Source: Bacteriovoracaceae bacterium (lineage in GTDB: Bacteria > Bdellovibrionota > Bacteriovoracia > Bacteriovoracales > Bacteriovoracaceae). From it: a stretch of 20,486 nucleotides of DNA. The stretch is taken from positions 1-20,486 of the forward strand of contig JBFGZE010000061.1 in the NCBI GenBank assembly GCA_041586955.1, read 5' to 3'. Numbering within the stretch: the first letter of the stretch is position 1; each line of letters starts with the position of its first letter. A program made the position numbers and the translations under genes. Shown piece after piece: positions 1-8,627 of this stretch. Under the pieces are notes generated by a model that saw only the letters and a list, made by a program, of their open reading frames with translations, did not search any database and was not told where the DNA came from.

Positions 1-1
1 A

Positions 2-58
2 TTATTAGAAGAAATTGCAACAGAACATGAAGTGAGATGCTTCAATCCTTTGAACTAA
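2..58 (+). CDS. 3' end of an oligopeptide/dipeptide ABC transporter ATP-binding subunit (OppD/DppD-like), truncated by window edge
   Basis: Frame reads LLEEIATEHEVRCFNPLN* (TAA 56-58). The HxVRC tail is typical of oligopeptide ABC ATPase C-termini and parallels the next gene's HEYRCYNP. Confidence 0.75.
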   Translation, partial: LLEEIATEHEVRCFNPLN

Positions 59-73
59 TTTGGGAGTAATTGA

Positions 74-1048
74 ATGTCTGAATATCTTTTAGAAGTAAAA
101 AACCTAGTTAAAGAATTTCCAATCAAAGGTGGAATTTTTGGCAAGCAAGTAGGTGCTGTTAAGGCCGTTAATAATGTTAGTTTTCGCATTAAAAAGGGAG
201 AAACTCTCGGATTAGTGGGCGAGTCTGGATGTGGTAAAACAACTCTTGGTCGTAGTCTTTTGCGCTTGATTGAGCCAACATCTGGTGAAATTATTTTTAA
301 TGGCCAAGATATTACCAAACTTGATGCCAAGGCAATGAGAGATATGCGTAGAAAGGTTCAAATCATCTTTCAAGACCCGTATGCTTCCCTCAATCCAAGG
401 ATGACTGTCGGCGCTATTCTTACAGAGCCAATGGAGATTCATGGCCTCTATCTAGATAAAACAGAAAGGCGCAAGCGTTTGCTGGAATTAATCGACCAAG
501 TTCAATTACCGGAAGACGCTCTTAATAAATATCCACATGAATTTTCTGGTGGCCAAAGACAAAGAATTTGTATTGCTCGGGCCTTGGCCGTTGAACCAGA
601 GTTTATTGTCTGTGATGAGCCAGTATCAGCACTTGATGTTTCTGTTCAGGCCCAGGTTGTTAATTTATTAATGGATCTGCAAAAAGACTTAGGGCTTACG
701 TATCTTTTTATTGCACACGATTTAAAGGTTGTTGAATATATCTCTAATCGTGTCGCGGTTATGTATTTAGGAAATATGGTAGAGGTTGCAGAGTCTAGTG
801 AATTATACGGCGGCTCTAAGCATCCTTATACTAAAGCACTTTTCTCGGCCATTCCAAACCCAAATCCTAATGTCACAAAAGAGAGAATACTTCTGGAGGG
901 TGATATTCCAAGTCCAATGAACCCACCTACGGGTTGCCACTTTCACCCCAGATGCTGGCTTGCGACAGACGAATGTAAGAAAAAGTATCCTGATTCCACC
1001 GAGTTAACGGCCACCCACGAGTATCGCTGTTATAACCCGATACCCTAG
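74..1048 (+). CDS. Oligopeptide/dipeptide ABC transporter ATP-binding protein (OppF/DppF-like)
   Basis: Walker A GESGCGKT, IFQDPYASLNPR, signature FSGGQRQR, Walker B IVCDEP, H-loop IAHDL, HPYTKAL and C-terminal GCHFHPRC...C. GGGAG SD upstream. Confidence 0.95.
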   Translation: MSEYLLEVKNLVKEFPIKGGIFGKQVGAVKAVNNVSFRIKKGETLGLVGESGCGKTTLGRSLLRLIEPTSGEIIFNGQDITKLDAKAMRDMRRKVQIIFQDPYASLNPRMTVGAILTEPMEIHGLYLDKTERRKRLLELIDQVQLPEDALNKYPHEFSGGQRQRICIARALAVEPEFIVCDEPVSALDVSVQAQVVNLLMDLQKDLGLTYLFIAHDLKVVEYISNRVAVMYLGNMVEVAESSELYGGSKHPYTKALFSAIPNPNPNVTKERILLEGDIPSPMNPPTGCHFHPRCWLATDECKKKYPDSTELTATHEYRCYNPIP

Positions 1049-1125
1049 GTTCTTACTCAAAATTCAAGGTTTTTTTACTTTATTTTCAAGTATTTACTGC
1101 CGATTAGAAAGGGAGGAGTTGCGAT

Positions 1126-2181
1126 ATGCCAAACCCCCTTTCTCTGTTCGATATCAATGAAGAATTAACAGAGTGTTCAACATTTTCAAGATTCTCCCAA
1201 GCGGATATTGTTTGGGTGAAACGTAGTGGAAAAAAAGTGGCCTTGATTAAGGCCGGCGACTATTTTTTTGCTGACCGCATTGAAACTTATAAAAAATTAA
1301 ATGTCGAAATTGACTCCTATGTTTCAGAGGAAAGAATTCTTGAGTTTGTCTCACTCATGGAAGCTTATAAGTCGAGTGAGTTTCTCCTGGCCGATAAAGA
1401 AAAGCGAAAGGAAGAGTTGGACAATAATATTTTAAACTGGTTGGCGCGCGTTTTCTGGACAGGTAGCGAAGAGGGGAGCTTAGTAGAGCTCGTTATTGCT
1501 CTTGAGAAGGTATTTTTTTCCATCTCGGATGATGGTGTTGAGTATCTCATCAATAAATCTGAGCTGCTCTTTAAAAGAAACTCCAAGTATTCAAGCTTAA
1601 TGGTTTGTCTCGCCTTTATTGTTGGCTATCGTGATTATGAATTTTTAAAAGATCTTTATAACCTTACTTATTTTATGGACATTGATCTCTTAGAGCGGAA
1701 TCTCGATTCTATAATCGTTCAAGGTCTGGAAGAAGAAAGAGTGTATGGGAAAAGAGGGCTTAAGTTACTCGAATCCAAAAACATGAAAAAAGATAAAGAG
1801 GCATTACTTACTCATATCGCGTTATTAACAAGGGAAAAGATTGATTCATTTTATCAGTCTCGTTATTTTGACGAAATTAAGAATGTCTTTTCTTTTCATC
1901 ACGAAAAGATTAGTGGTGATGGATTTCCTAAAGGAATGAATGGCCATGAATTATCCGACCTTGAAGTAATCGTAATTTTTATAAATGGTATATTGCCTTT
2001 TAAAGATTTTTCTTATGAGAAAAGAGATGGGAGGGAATATTTTAAGTTTATTTTTAATATGGATGATGAAAGAAAGCACTCAGTTGTAAACCACCGCTTA
2101 GAGGAGATTGTATATGGTGTCTTCAAAGTTATTGTGGGGAAAGATTTTCAATATAAAAGCTTGGAGAGTTTATTTAGGTAA
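1126..2181 (+). CDS. HD-GYP-like protein, probably catalytically degenerate
   Basis: FHHEKISGDGFPKG matches the HHExxDGxGYP motif. The expected LHDIG position appears as FMDID. Strong GGAGG SD upstream. Confidence 0.7.
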   Translation: MPNPLSLFDINEELTECSTFSRFSQADIVWVKRSGKKVALIKAGDYFFADRIETYKKLNVEIDSYVSEERILEFVSLMEAYKSSEFLLADKEKRKEELDNNILNWLARVFWTGSEEGSLVELVIALEKVFFSISDDGVEYLINKSELLFKRNSKYSSLMVCLAFIVGYRDYEFLKDLYNLTYFMDIDLLERNLDSIIVQGLEEERVYGKRGLKLLESKNMKKDKEALLTHIALLTREKIDSFYQSRYFDEIKNVFSFHHEKISGDGFPKGMNGHELSDLEVIVIFINGILPFKDFSYEKRDGREYFKFIFNMDDERKHSVVNHRLEEIVYGVFKVIVGKDFQYKSLESLFR

Positions 2182-5100
2182 TGCTTGATAAAAAGATATT
2201 AATTCTTATTCAAGATTTGTCGGAAGACGAAAAGTCCTTCATCGAAGGATGGGGGTATTCACTTTCTTTTGAGTTCAATGAGGATGAAGAATACCATTTC
2301 ATGATAGTTGATGATTATGAATTTCAAATGAATGATGCATTAAGGCCATTACCGAAAATATTTATGGGGGTTCCGGCCTCTACCGATTGGATAAGTAAAA
2401 ATAATGGACTGGGATGGTTTCATCGTGACTTAATCGTCAATTCTTCTTTCGTAAAAATGATTAAACGAATTCTTGAAAAAAACTCGAGTCTAAAGCTGTC
2501 TTCGGCCTATGATGGTGTAGTGCTTAAAAGTAAAACATATAAAATTATAAATACTCTGAGTGCAGGTTATTATGGGGACTTGGTCGTTGAATCTGCGTTG
2601 GCCCAAAAATATAACTTTATCGCGATTCGAAGCTTTGTTGCATCAATCATTTCTTATCTTGAATATTTGAAAGATGAAGATATTGTAAAGATGCCATTAG
2701 AGTTAGATTTTGGACATAGTCATGATTCGTTTTTAGTTCAATTTTACTTGCCGTGCGAAGGTTATCGCATTGATCATATTTGGAAGGCCTTAGAAGGGCG
2801 CGGGATTAATAATCCCGCCTATCAATTATTAAACTTGGCATTGTCAAACAGTGATATTTTAAATGTCTATGTTTTAGAGTCGTCTTCAAAATTAGTTATT
2901 TCTGGATTATGGACTAAAGGCCTTATTCGCGAAGCGAAGAATTATCATAGCTCTTTTATTCTTCATGGAATGGAGCGTTTTTACTATTCTTCTGAGGATT
3001 TAAATGCACGAGTTGGTAGAACGCTATTGGGTGATAAAAAGAGGTTAAATTTTAAAGCAGAGGAATTGGAGATGCCTGGTGACGGTTACGGCCCTGCTCC
3101 TGATTCTCCTGTCTCGAAAGCGGCTAATCCCATTTTGGTGAAAAGATTGGTCTCGCTAGTTTTAAGTAAGGCGAAGGGCAGCTATGAGGGGAAGGGAAAA
3201 ATTTCCGAAATGCAGATAAGGAATTTAATCGGTAGTAGCTCATTTAAAGAAAAACTAACAAATCTGACACGCGGAGATTGGGATTTAATGAATTTGGCGA
3301 CAAATAATCCGCAGGAAAGAGATATACTTTATCGCGAGATTGAAAAAAATAAAAAAAATATAAGTCCAAGTAGTTATCTTGAATCGATGATCCGTAATAT
3401 CGAGGGTTCAAGTCTTGACGAATTTAGAGAGGTGGCAAAAGGAGTTTCCTTTTTCGAAAAAAAATCGCCAATAGCTGGGGAGGGAGGTCGATTGAATGGG
3501 CACTCACTTAGTGAAGGGGTTGTTAATTTTAATGAGGAAGGCCATAAAGTTGATTTTCGCGAAGGGCAAGGCCATGGCAATATTTATGATGAGGTTCAAC
3601 GTGTAGATGGCCAGGGGTTTGGTAATGTTAATGAAGAGATCCATTTAGTTGAAGGGTATGGTGCTGCCAATATTCAGGAAGAAGGGTTGATGGTCGGCGG
3701 AGTAATTTCGGCTGAAGAAGACCGTCTGATGGTTGATGGAAAAAGTATTGGAAATATTAATGAAGAAATCCATCTGCAAAAAGGGCAGGGGGAGGGAAAT
3801 TTTATTGAAGAAAATGTTTTGCATAAAGGCCAAGGCGAAGGAAATATAAATGAAGAGATTAACCTTTATAAAGGGAATGGCGAGGGGAATATCCTCGATG
3901 AACTAATGCATATTAGGGACGAGCAGGAAGTTGTTCGTATGGATCAATTATGGCAAGAAAAGCGCTCCTCTATTGCAAAAAAATTAAAAGATTCGTTTGA
4001 AAGTAGCGAAAATGATGGGCTTTCAAAAGATGTCGTTGACGATAAGATGAAGGCCATTATTTCTGAGGAAATGGGAATAGATGTTAGGCCAAGTGACATT
4101 ATCACCAAAGTTATTTCTGAAAAAGGGATTGAGGAAGAAGAGGAAAAAAGGAAAAGCCTTTCAGAATTGGTTTCTGAAGCTAAGAAAGTAAGGGAAGTTA
4201 ATCGACTTAAGAGAGGACTTGCCATCAGAGAAAAGCAAATATCAAAAATGAAATCATTGATCCTTGGTATGCGTAAAGAAATAGTGGTCCTCAAGCAAAA
4301 AGTGAATGATGATGTACTTACTTCCGCTGAAAGTGGTAACAGTGTCCAGGTTGAACCTGCTCAAAAAGATCGCGAATTAGAAAAAGTTGAAGGATTGCAA
4401 AAGCAGGTCCAAAGGCAGCAAGGTGCTTTTCAAATGCGCCTTGATCAGGAAAAACTGCGCTTTAAAAATGATTTATTAAAAAAAGATAAGCTTATTAAAC
4501 AATTAGAAAGGCGCTTGAATGTCGCTAATTTGAAGGCCAAGTCTATTTCTGGTGAAGATACACCTCATTCAATTGACAATACTGACGTCAACCAAAGCAC
4601 CGTCCTTACTGGTTCTAGTGATAGCGAGTTATTAAAAAAACAATCTGAACTGGCACAACTGGCGATGCACAAATTTAAGGAAGAAAATAATTTATTAAAA
4701 AATGAAATTGAAAAGTTAAAAAATGGTGCGAAATTAGATTCTAAAATGGATTCGGCTTCATTTAAACCAATTATAGAACCATTAGACAGCGACTCAAAAG
4801 GATCGGCACAATCGGGAAGGGCGAGTACCATTACCCCAGAGGGTTCAGTGGTGGGTAATGCAATTAACGCTAATAAAGATTCATCTGAAAAAGATAGAGA
4901 AATCACACGCTTACAAAAAGAGGCAGAAGCTCATCTCACTCAAATTTCTAAACTTAACACTAATATGAAGGCATTAGAATTAAGGTTTAAGCAATTGAGT
5001 AACGAGGCCAAAGGCGGTAATAACCAAAAATTCGCACAACAAAAGGAAAAAATGAAATCTGAGGTTCTTAGATACAAAAAAGAGCTGGCAGAAAAGAAAA

Positions 5101-5201
5101 CAGAGGCACATAAGCTAAAACTAGAGTTAAAAACTAATAAACTCAAAATAAAAGAACTCGAAAAAAAGGTCACCGTTCTCTCTAAAAGAAAAGTATCCTA
5201 A
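2181..5201 (+). CDS. Large hypothetical protein: globular N-terminus, 15-aa Gly/acidic repeats, long C-terminal coiled coil
   Basis: 1006-aa ORF with TAATG overlap to the upstream gene. K/E/Q/L-rich heptad-like C-terminal third. No signal peptide or TM segment evident. Confidence 0.85.
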   Translation: MLDKKILILIQDLSEDEKSFIEGWGYSLSFEFNEDEEYHFMIVDDYEFQMNDALRPLPKIFMGVPASTDWISKNNGLGWFHRDLIVNSSFVKMIKRILEKNSSLKLSSAYDGVVLKSKTYKIINTLSAGYYGDLVVESALAQKYNFIAIRSFVASIISYLEYLKDEDIVKMPLELDFGHSHDSFLVQFYLPCEGYRIDHIWKALEGRGINNPAYQLLNLALSNSDILNVYVLESSSKLVISGLWTKGLIREAKNYHSSFILHGMERFYYSSEDLNARVGRTLLGDKKRLNFKAEELEMPGDGYGPAPDSPVSKAANPILVKRLVSLVLSKAKGSYEGKGKISEMQIRNLIGSSSFKEKLTNLTRGDWDLMNLATNNPQERDILYREIEKNKKNISPSSYLESMIRNIEGSSLDEFREVAKGVSFFEKKSPIAGEGGRLNGHSLSEGVVNFNEEGHKVDFREGQGHGNIYDEVQRVDGQGFGNVNEEIHLVEGYGAANIQEEGLMVGGVISAEEDRLMVDGKSIGNINEEIHLQKGQGEGNFIEENVLHKGQGEGNINEEINLYKGNGEGNILDELMHIRDEQEVVRMDQLWQEKRSSIAKKLKDSFESSENDGLSKDVVDDKMKAIISEEMGIDVRPSDIITKVISEKGIEEEEEKRKSLSELVSEAKKVREVNRLKRGLAIREKQISKMKSLILGMRKEIVVLKQKVNDDVLTSAESGNSVQVEPAQKDRELEKVEGLQKQVQRQQGAFQMRLDQEKLRFKNDLLKKDKLIKQLERRLNVANLKAKSISGEDTPHSIDNTDVNQSTVLTGSSDSELLKKQSELAQLAMHKFKEENNLLKNEIEKLKNGAKLDSKMDSASFKPIIEPLDSDSKGSAQSGRASTITPEGSVVGNAINANKDSSEKDREITRLQKEAEAHLTQISKLNTNMKALELRFKQLSNEAKGGNNQKFAQQKEKMKSEVLRYKKELAEKKTEAHKLKLELKTNKLKIKELEKKVTVLSKRKVS
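3561..3914 (+). repeat. Intragenic degenerate tandem repeat, about 8 units of 45 nt (15 aa), consensus xGxGxGNIxEExxLx
   Basis: EGQGHGNIYDEVQRV / DGQGFGNVNEEIHLV / EGYGAANIQEEGLMV / GGVISAEEDRLMV (13 aa) / DGKSIGNINEEIHLQ / KGQGEGNFIEENVLH / KGQGEGNINEEINLY / KGNGEGNILDELMHI. Confidence 0.9.
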
Positions 5202-5240
5202 AAACAGTCAGTTAGAGAGGTAATTCTTTTAAAAATACTC

Positions 5241-5269
5241 TTGTCAAATAAGAGATAGTACCGTAAAAA
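5241..5269 (+). promoter_or_regulatory. Possible sigma70 promoter for tRNA-Leu
   Basis: TTGTCA (5241-5246), 17-nt spacer, TAAAAA (5264-5269), ending 17 nt before the tRNA. The -10 element is imperfect. Confidence 0.4.
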
Positions 5270-5286
5270 TATTCTTACTTATTTAT

Positions 5287-5369
5287 GCCGTAGTGGTGGA
5301 ATTGGTAGACACGCTAGACTTAGGATCTAGTGCTTCGGCGTGGGGGTTCAAGTCCCTCCTACGGCACCA
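5287..5369 (+). tRNA. tRNA-Leu, anticodon UAG (reads CUA)
   Basis: Acceptor stem GCCGTAG/CTACGGC followed by ACCA. D-loop GGAATTGGTAGAC, anticodon arm CTAGA-CTTAGGA-TCTAG, variable arm TGC-TTCG-GCG, T-loop TTCAAGT. Confidence 0.98.
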
Positions 5370-5380
5370 TTTTTAAAATA

Positions 5381-5413
5381 AAAAAAGCTTCCTTTATGGG
5401 AAGCTTTTTTTTT
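5381..5413 (+). terminator. Intrinsic terminator after tRNA-Leu, likely bidirectional
   Basis: AAAAAAGCTTCC-TTTATG-GGAAGCTTTTTTTTT, with an A-run before and a T-run after. Confidence 0.9.
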
Positions 5414-5544
5414 GGTCAACTCTTCAGGCCTGCGAAGCTCAGTTTGCATCCAATGCGTTGCGCAGCACTGGTGACCAACAAAAATTAAAAAGAGAATCGC
5501 AACGAAACCCTTTTTGGTTCGGCCATGAATAAGTCCAGCTTCTC

Positions 5545-6573
5545 TTAGCTATCAAGCTCATCATGTATTTCAAGTGCCTTTTTAACTCGAGTTGTATTGT
5601 CAAAAGTTGCGATATGAAGCATCGCATCTCCTTGATTTACAAGTGGTAAAACGGTAGCTCCGATAAGGATCCCATCATTCTCGGCCAAAATATTAAAAGA
5701 TTCTCTGCCAAAGGGATCTGCAATGATGGCAAGAATATCACCGACTTTAATTTTTTCTCCAATCTTCTTCACTGTTGAAAATGCGCCACTATGAGGTGCT
5801 CGTGTCCAATAGCTTGATTTAGCAATAAATATCTTAGGCCTTTTTTGATCTGGTGAAGAGTTTTCTATCATTCCTATTTTCCTCATCACAGAAATACACC
5901 CTCGAAGCCCGATATTTATAACATTATTCTCAAAGCGAAGGGCCTCTCCTCCTTCAAAAAGAAGCATGGATACTTTTTTCTTTCTTGCCGCCTCTCGAAG
6001 AGAACCATCCCTAAGACTTGAATTGATGACAACTGGAACACCAAATCCTTCCGCCAGGCTCCTTGTAGACTCATCGTCCAAACATGCTCTTATTTGCGGT
6101 AAGTTTGTTCGATGAATCGCACCGGTATGAAGATCTATTCCATGTGTACACTTAGAAACAATTTCTTTCATAAAGATATATGCTAAGCGACTTGCAAGAG
6201 ATCCATTTCTTGAACCTGGAAAGGAGCGATTGAGGTCCCTGCGGTCCGGAAGATATCGGGACTTATAATTAAATCCAAAAATATTAACAATTGGTATAAG
6301 GATTAAAGTTCCTTTTATTCTCTTAAGGAAACTTTTCTTTAAAAGTTTACGAATAATTTCAACCCCATTAATCTCATCACCATGTATCGCGGCACTTATG
6401 AAAAGAGTTGGGCCTGCTTGAGTTCCTCTTATTACCTCAACAGGGATGGTTAATTGAGTGTAATCATATAAAGCCGCGGAGTCTAATTGAACTCGTTTTC
6501 TCTCTCCCCTCGAAATATTTACGCCACCAATAGTCAAAGTCTCAGGATCTTTTTTAAAGGAGTTTTTAAGCAT
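5545..6573 (-). CDS. Succinylglutamate desuccinylase/aspartoacylase (AstE/AspA, M14 Zn-carboxypeptidase-like) family protein
   Basis: Motifs AAIHGDEING, RRDLNRSFPG, IDLHTG, FEGG and a C-terminal barrel-sandwich hybrid-like segment. 8-nt overlap with rimK. Confidence 0.92.
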   Translation of the reverse strand: MLKNSFKKDPETLTIGGVNISRGERKRVQLDSAALYDYTQLTIPVEVIRGTQAGPTLFISAAIHGDEINGVEIIRKLLKKSFLKRIKGTLILIPIVNIFGFNYKSRYLPDRRDLNRSFPGSRNGSLASRLAYIFMKEIVSKCTHGIDLHTGAIHRTNLPQIRACLDDESTRSLAEGFGVPVVINSSLRDGSLREAARKKKVSMLLFEGGEALRFENNVINIGLRGCISVMRKIGMIENSSPDQKRPKIFIAKSSYWTRAPHSGAFSTVKKIGEKIKVGDILAIIADPFGRESFNILAENDGILIGATVLPLVNQGDAMLHIATFDNTTRVKKALEIHDELDS

Positions 6574-7783
6574 CTGTTATATCCTCTCGCATTTTTTCAA
6601 TATTTTCTTTAGCAAGTTTTTTAAGCTTAGGCTTCCTTCTTCTTCTTGTTTTTTCAGGTATCAAATCTTTCATAGACTCTATCTTTCCAAAGCAAAGAAT
6701 CCGATCTTCTGCTTCGAGAACTTTATGATCTTTAGGATTAGGAAAAACCCTTCCATCTCTATGTAGAGAAAGAGCATTAATGTCCCTATCTCTAAGTCCT
6801 GAGCCTATAATTGTTTTTCCTACATATTCAGACTTTCGAGGTATCAAAATCTCAGTTACCCCATACCCCTTACTTACCGATAGTTTATCTCTTAAATCAA
6901 TTTCAGGATAATCAACTTTAGCAGCAATATAATCGATAAATGCCCCAGCAACATCTAACTGTGTACAACCCTCTATACCTTCTAATCCTGGTGAAGAGTT
7001 AATTTCCATGATTTGGGGACCATCTTTTCCTTCCAGCATGTCGACACCAGAAATACCTAGCCCCATTAATTTTGAGGCCCTAATCGCAATCTCTTTATAC
7101 TCATCACTAAGATTAACCATCTCAGTTTTTCCACCTCTGTGAACATTACTTCTAAATTCTTGTCCTTGTGCAATCCTTCTCATGGCAGCAACAACTTGAT
7201 CTCCAACAACTATTGCTCTTATATCCTTTCCTTTGCTTTCAGCAACAAATTTTTGAATTAGAATGTTCTGTTTTTGGCTTTGTAGGAGCTCAATGATCGA
7301 CGTTGCCATTTCTATAGTGTGCGCAAGCAAAACTCCTATCCCCTGAGTACCTTCCAAAAGTTTAATAACGATAGGCGCACCTCCAACACGTTCTATAGCA
7401 GGCAATACATCTAGCTTATCTTTAACAAAGGTTGTCGCTGGGATACCTATTTTATGCTTACTTAAAATTTGAAAACTTCGAAGTTTATCTCTTGAGTTTA
7501 AAATTCCATCTGCTGAATTGGGACTATAAACATCCATTTGCTGAAATTGTCTAACAACAGCTGTACCAAAATAGGTAATCGAGGCACCCACTCTGGGTAA
7601 AATGGCATCATAATGAGCGAGTCTTTTTTGGTTAAAATATAGATCCGGAGACTCTTCTTCTAGGTCTAATGCAAACTTCAAAGTATTAAGTACTTTTACA
7701 CTGTGACCCCTTAGTTTGGCGGCTTCAACAAGTCTTCTTGTGCTGTAATTCTTTGGCTCTTTAGATAATATTGCTATTTTCAT
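6566..7783 (-). CDS. rimK: RimK-family ATP-grasp alpha-L-glutamate ligase with C-terminal RCK_C (TrkA-C) domain
   Basis: MKIAILS...YSTRRLVEAA, RDKLRSFQIL, KLLEGTQGIGV, DIRAIVVG, FRSNVHRGG, MEINSSPGLEGIE. An extra ~110 aa includes SEYVGKTI...LRDRDINALSLHR...PNP...LEAEDRILCFG (RCK_C pattern). Confidence 0.92.
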   Translation of the reverse strand: MKIAILSKEPKNYSTRRLVEAAKLRGHSVKVLNTLKFALDLEEESPDLYFNQKRLAHYDAILPRVGASITYFGTAVVRQFQQMDVYSPNSADGILNSRDKLRSFQILSKHKIGIPATTFVKDKLDVLPAIERVGGAPIVIKLLEGTQGIGVLLAHTIEMATSIIELLQSQKQNILIQKFVAESKGKDIRAIVVGDQVVAAMRRIAQGQEFRSNVHRGGKTEMVNLSDEYKEIAIRASKLMGLGISGVDMLEGKDGPQIMEINSSPGLEGIEGCTQLDVAGAFIDYIAAKVDYPEIDLRDKLSVSKGYGVTEILIPRKSEYVGKTIIGSGLRDRDINALSLHRDGRVFPNPKDHKVLEAEDRILCFGKIESMKDLIPEKTRRRRKPKLKKLAKENIEKMREDITDA

Positions 7784-8235
7784 TTTCTTTTCCCCTTCTT
7801 GTTTTTAGTTCCGTAAAACGATCGTCCTGTATCGATTAAAAACCTTTTTCTTATGCTCTCTCTACCTAAAAGCATCCGAAATCCCATTTCATCCCTATTC
7901 GTTAATGTCATTTCAACTTCCCAGGTTTCATTCAAAAGCTTTACTTTTGTCAAAATAACTGGCCTTAATTCAGATTGCCCATTTGAACTTTTGACCTTTC
8001 TAAATTCTAATATCTTGGAGCGACATACCTTTTCTCTATTATCTGACCTTTGTTCAGGATGAATAGTAAATTTAACAAATTTGTTCTCTCCACGCTTATA
8101 TATTTCTATATTAAAAGCATGAAGGGAAGATGTTCTTGCTCCAGAATCGACTTTTGCCTTGATCATATCAACACCGAGGTCAGGTAATGACACCCACTCC
8201 CGCCAGCCAATAGTTTTTAACTCCTTTTTTTTCAT
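7780..8235 (-). CDS. RimK-associated retropepsin-like protease (the 'putative ATP-dependent zinc protease' family, RimB-like)
   Basis: IGWREWVSLPDLG, AKVDSGARTSSLHA (D[ST]GA), VKSSNG...RPVI, LTNRDEMGFRMLLGR. ATGA overlap with rimK. ATG 8235 (MKKKELK) preferred over the GTG at 8262. Confidence 0.9.
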   Translation of the reverse strand: MKKKELKTIGWREWVSLPDLGVDMIKAKVDSGARTSSLHAFNIEIYKRGENKFVKFTIHPEQRSDNREKVCRSKILEFRKVKSSNGQSELRPVILTKVKLLNETWEVEMTLTNRDEMGFRMLLGRESIRKRFLIDTGRSFYGTKNKKGKRK

Positions 8236-8246
8236 CTTATTCTCAC

Positions 8247-8553
8247 TTAGCCCTTTGTGCACAGTGCTGTGCTGTCCGGCGTTAAGTTTATCACAGGTCT
8301 ATTCATAAAGTCCCAAGCGATAAAGTTCAAACTGCTGTCGGTGAAGCTAATACTCTAAGTATGATAGGTCGTATGGCATAAAGCGTTCCGACCTTCCTCC
8401 GTCGCTTCAATTAAGAGACTGGATGCCCCCTCGGTATCGCCTTCGTATGTCGTACCGACAATCCTCCTGATTGTGATGATATTTGGGTTTAATGTCTAGT
8501 AAGTTAGTTGGGAGAATAAATTGTGAATAAGGAATAATAGAGGAATTCTTCAA
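8247..8553 (-). pseudogene. Possible decayed ~100-codon gene of unknown family
   Basis: One frame reads RIPLLFLIHNLFSQLTY*TLNPNIITIRRIVGTTYEGDTEGASSLLIEATEEGRNALCHTTYHT*SISFTDSSLNFIAWDFMNRPVINLTPDSTALCTKG*. Internal TAGs at 8498-8496 and 8357-8355; terminal TAA lies 11 nt before the protease ATG. Confidence 0.35.
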
Positions 8554-8627
8554 GAGATCCTAACTTTCTCTATGGAAACGTTTCAACACTCGGGTAAAAA
8601 TGGTGTCGCATATTGGCCTTTTTCAGG

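Noticed and set aside
1086..1106. Sigma28 (FliA) promoter TCAAG...GCCGATTA upstream of the HD-GYP gene
   Set aside because: The -10 element is good, but the TCAAG spacer is 8 nt rather than about 14 and no -35 lies at canonical distance. TSS data would be needed.
3561..3914. 45-nt periodic repeats as a CRISPR array
   Set aside because: They are in-frame, degenerate at third positions, have no repeat-spacer structure, and no cas genes are present.
5287..5369. tRNA with TAG anticodon as a suppressor explaining the nearby in-frame stops, or stop-codon reassignment
   Set aside because: Anticodon UAG decodes CUA (Leu), not a stop codon. TAA and TAG terminate many intact genes in this window.
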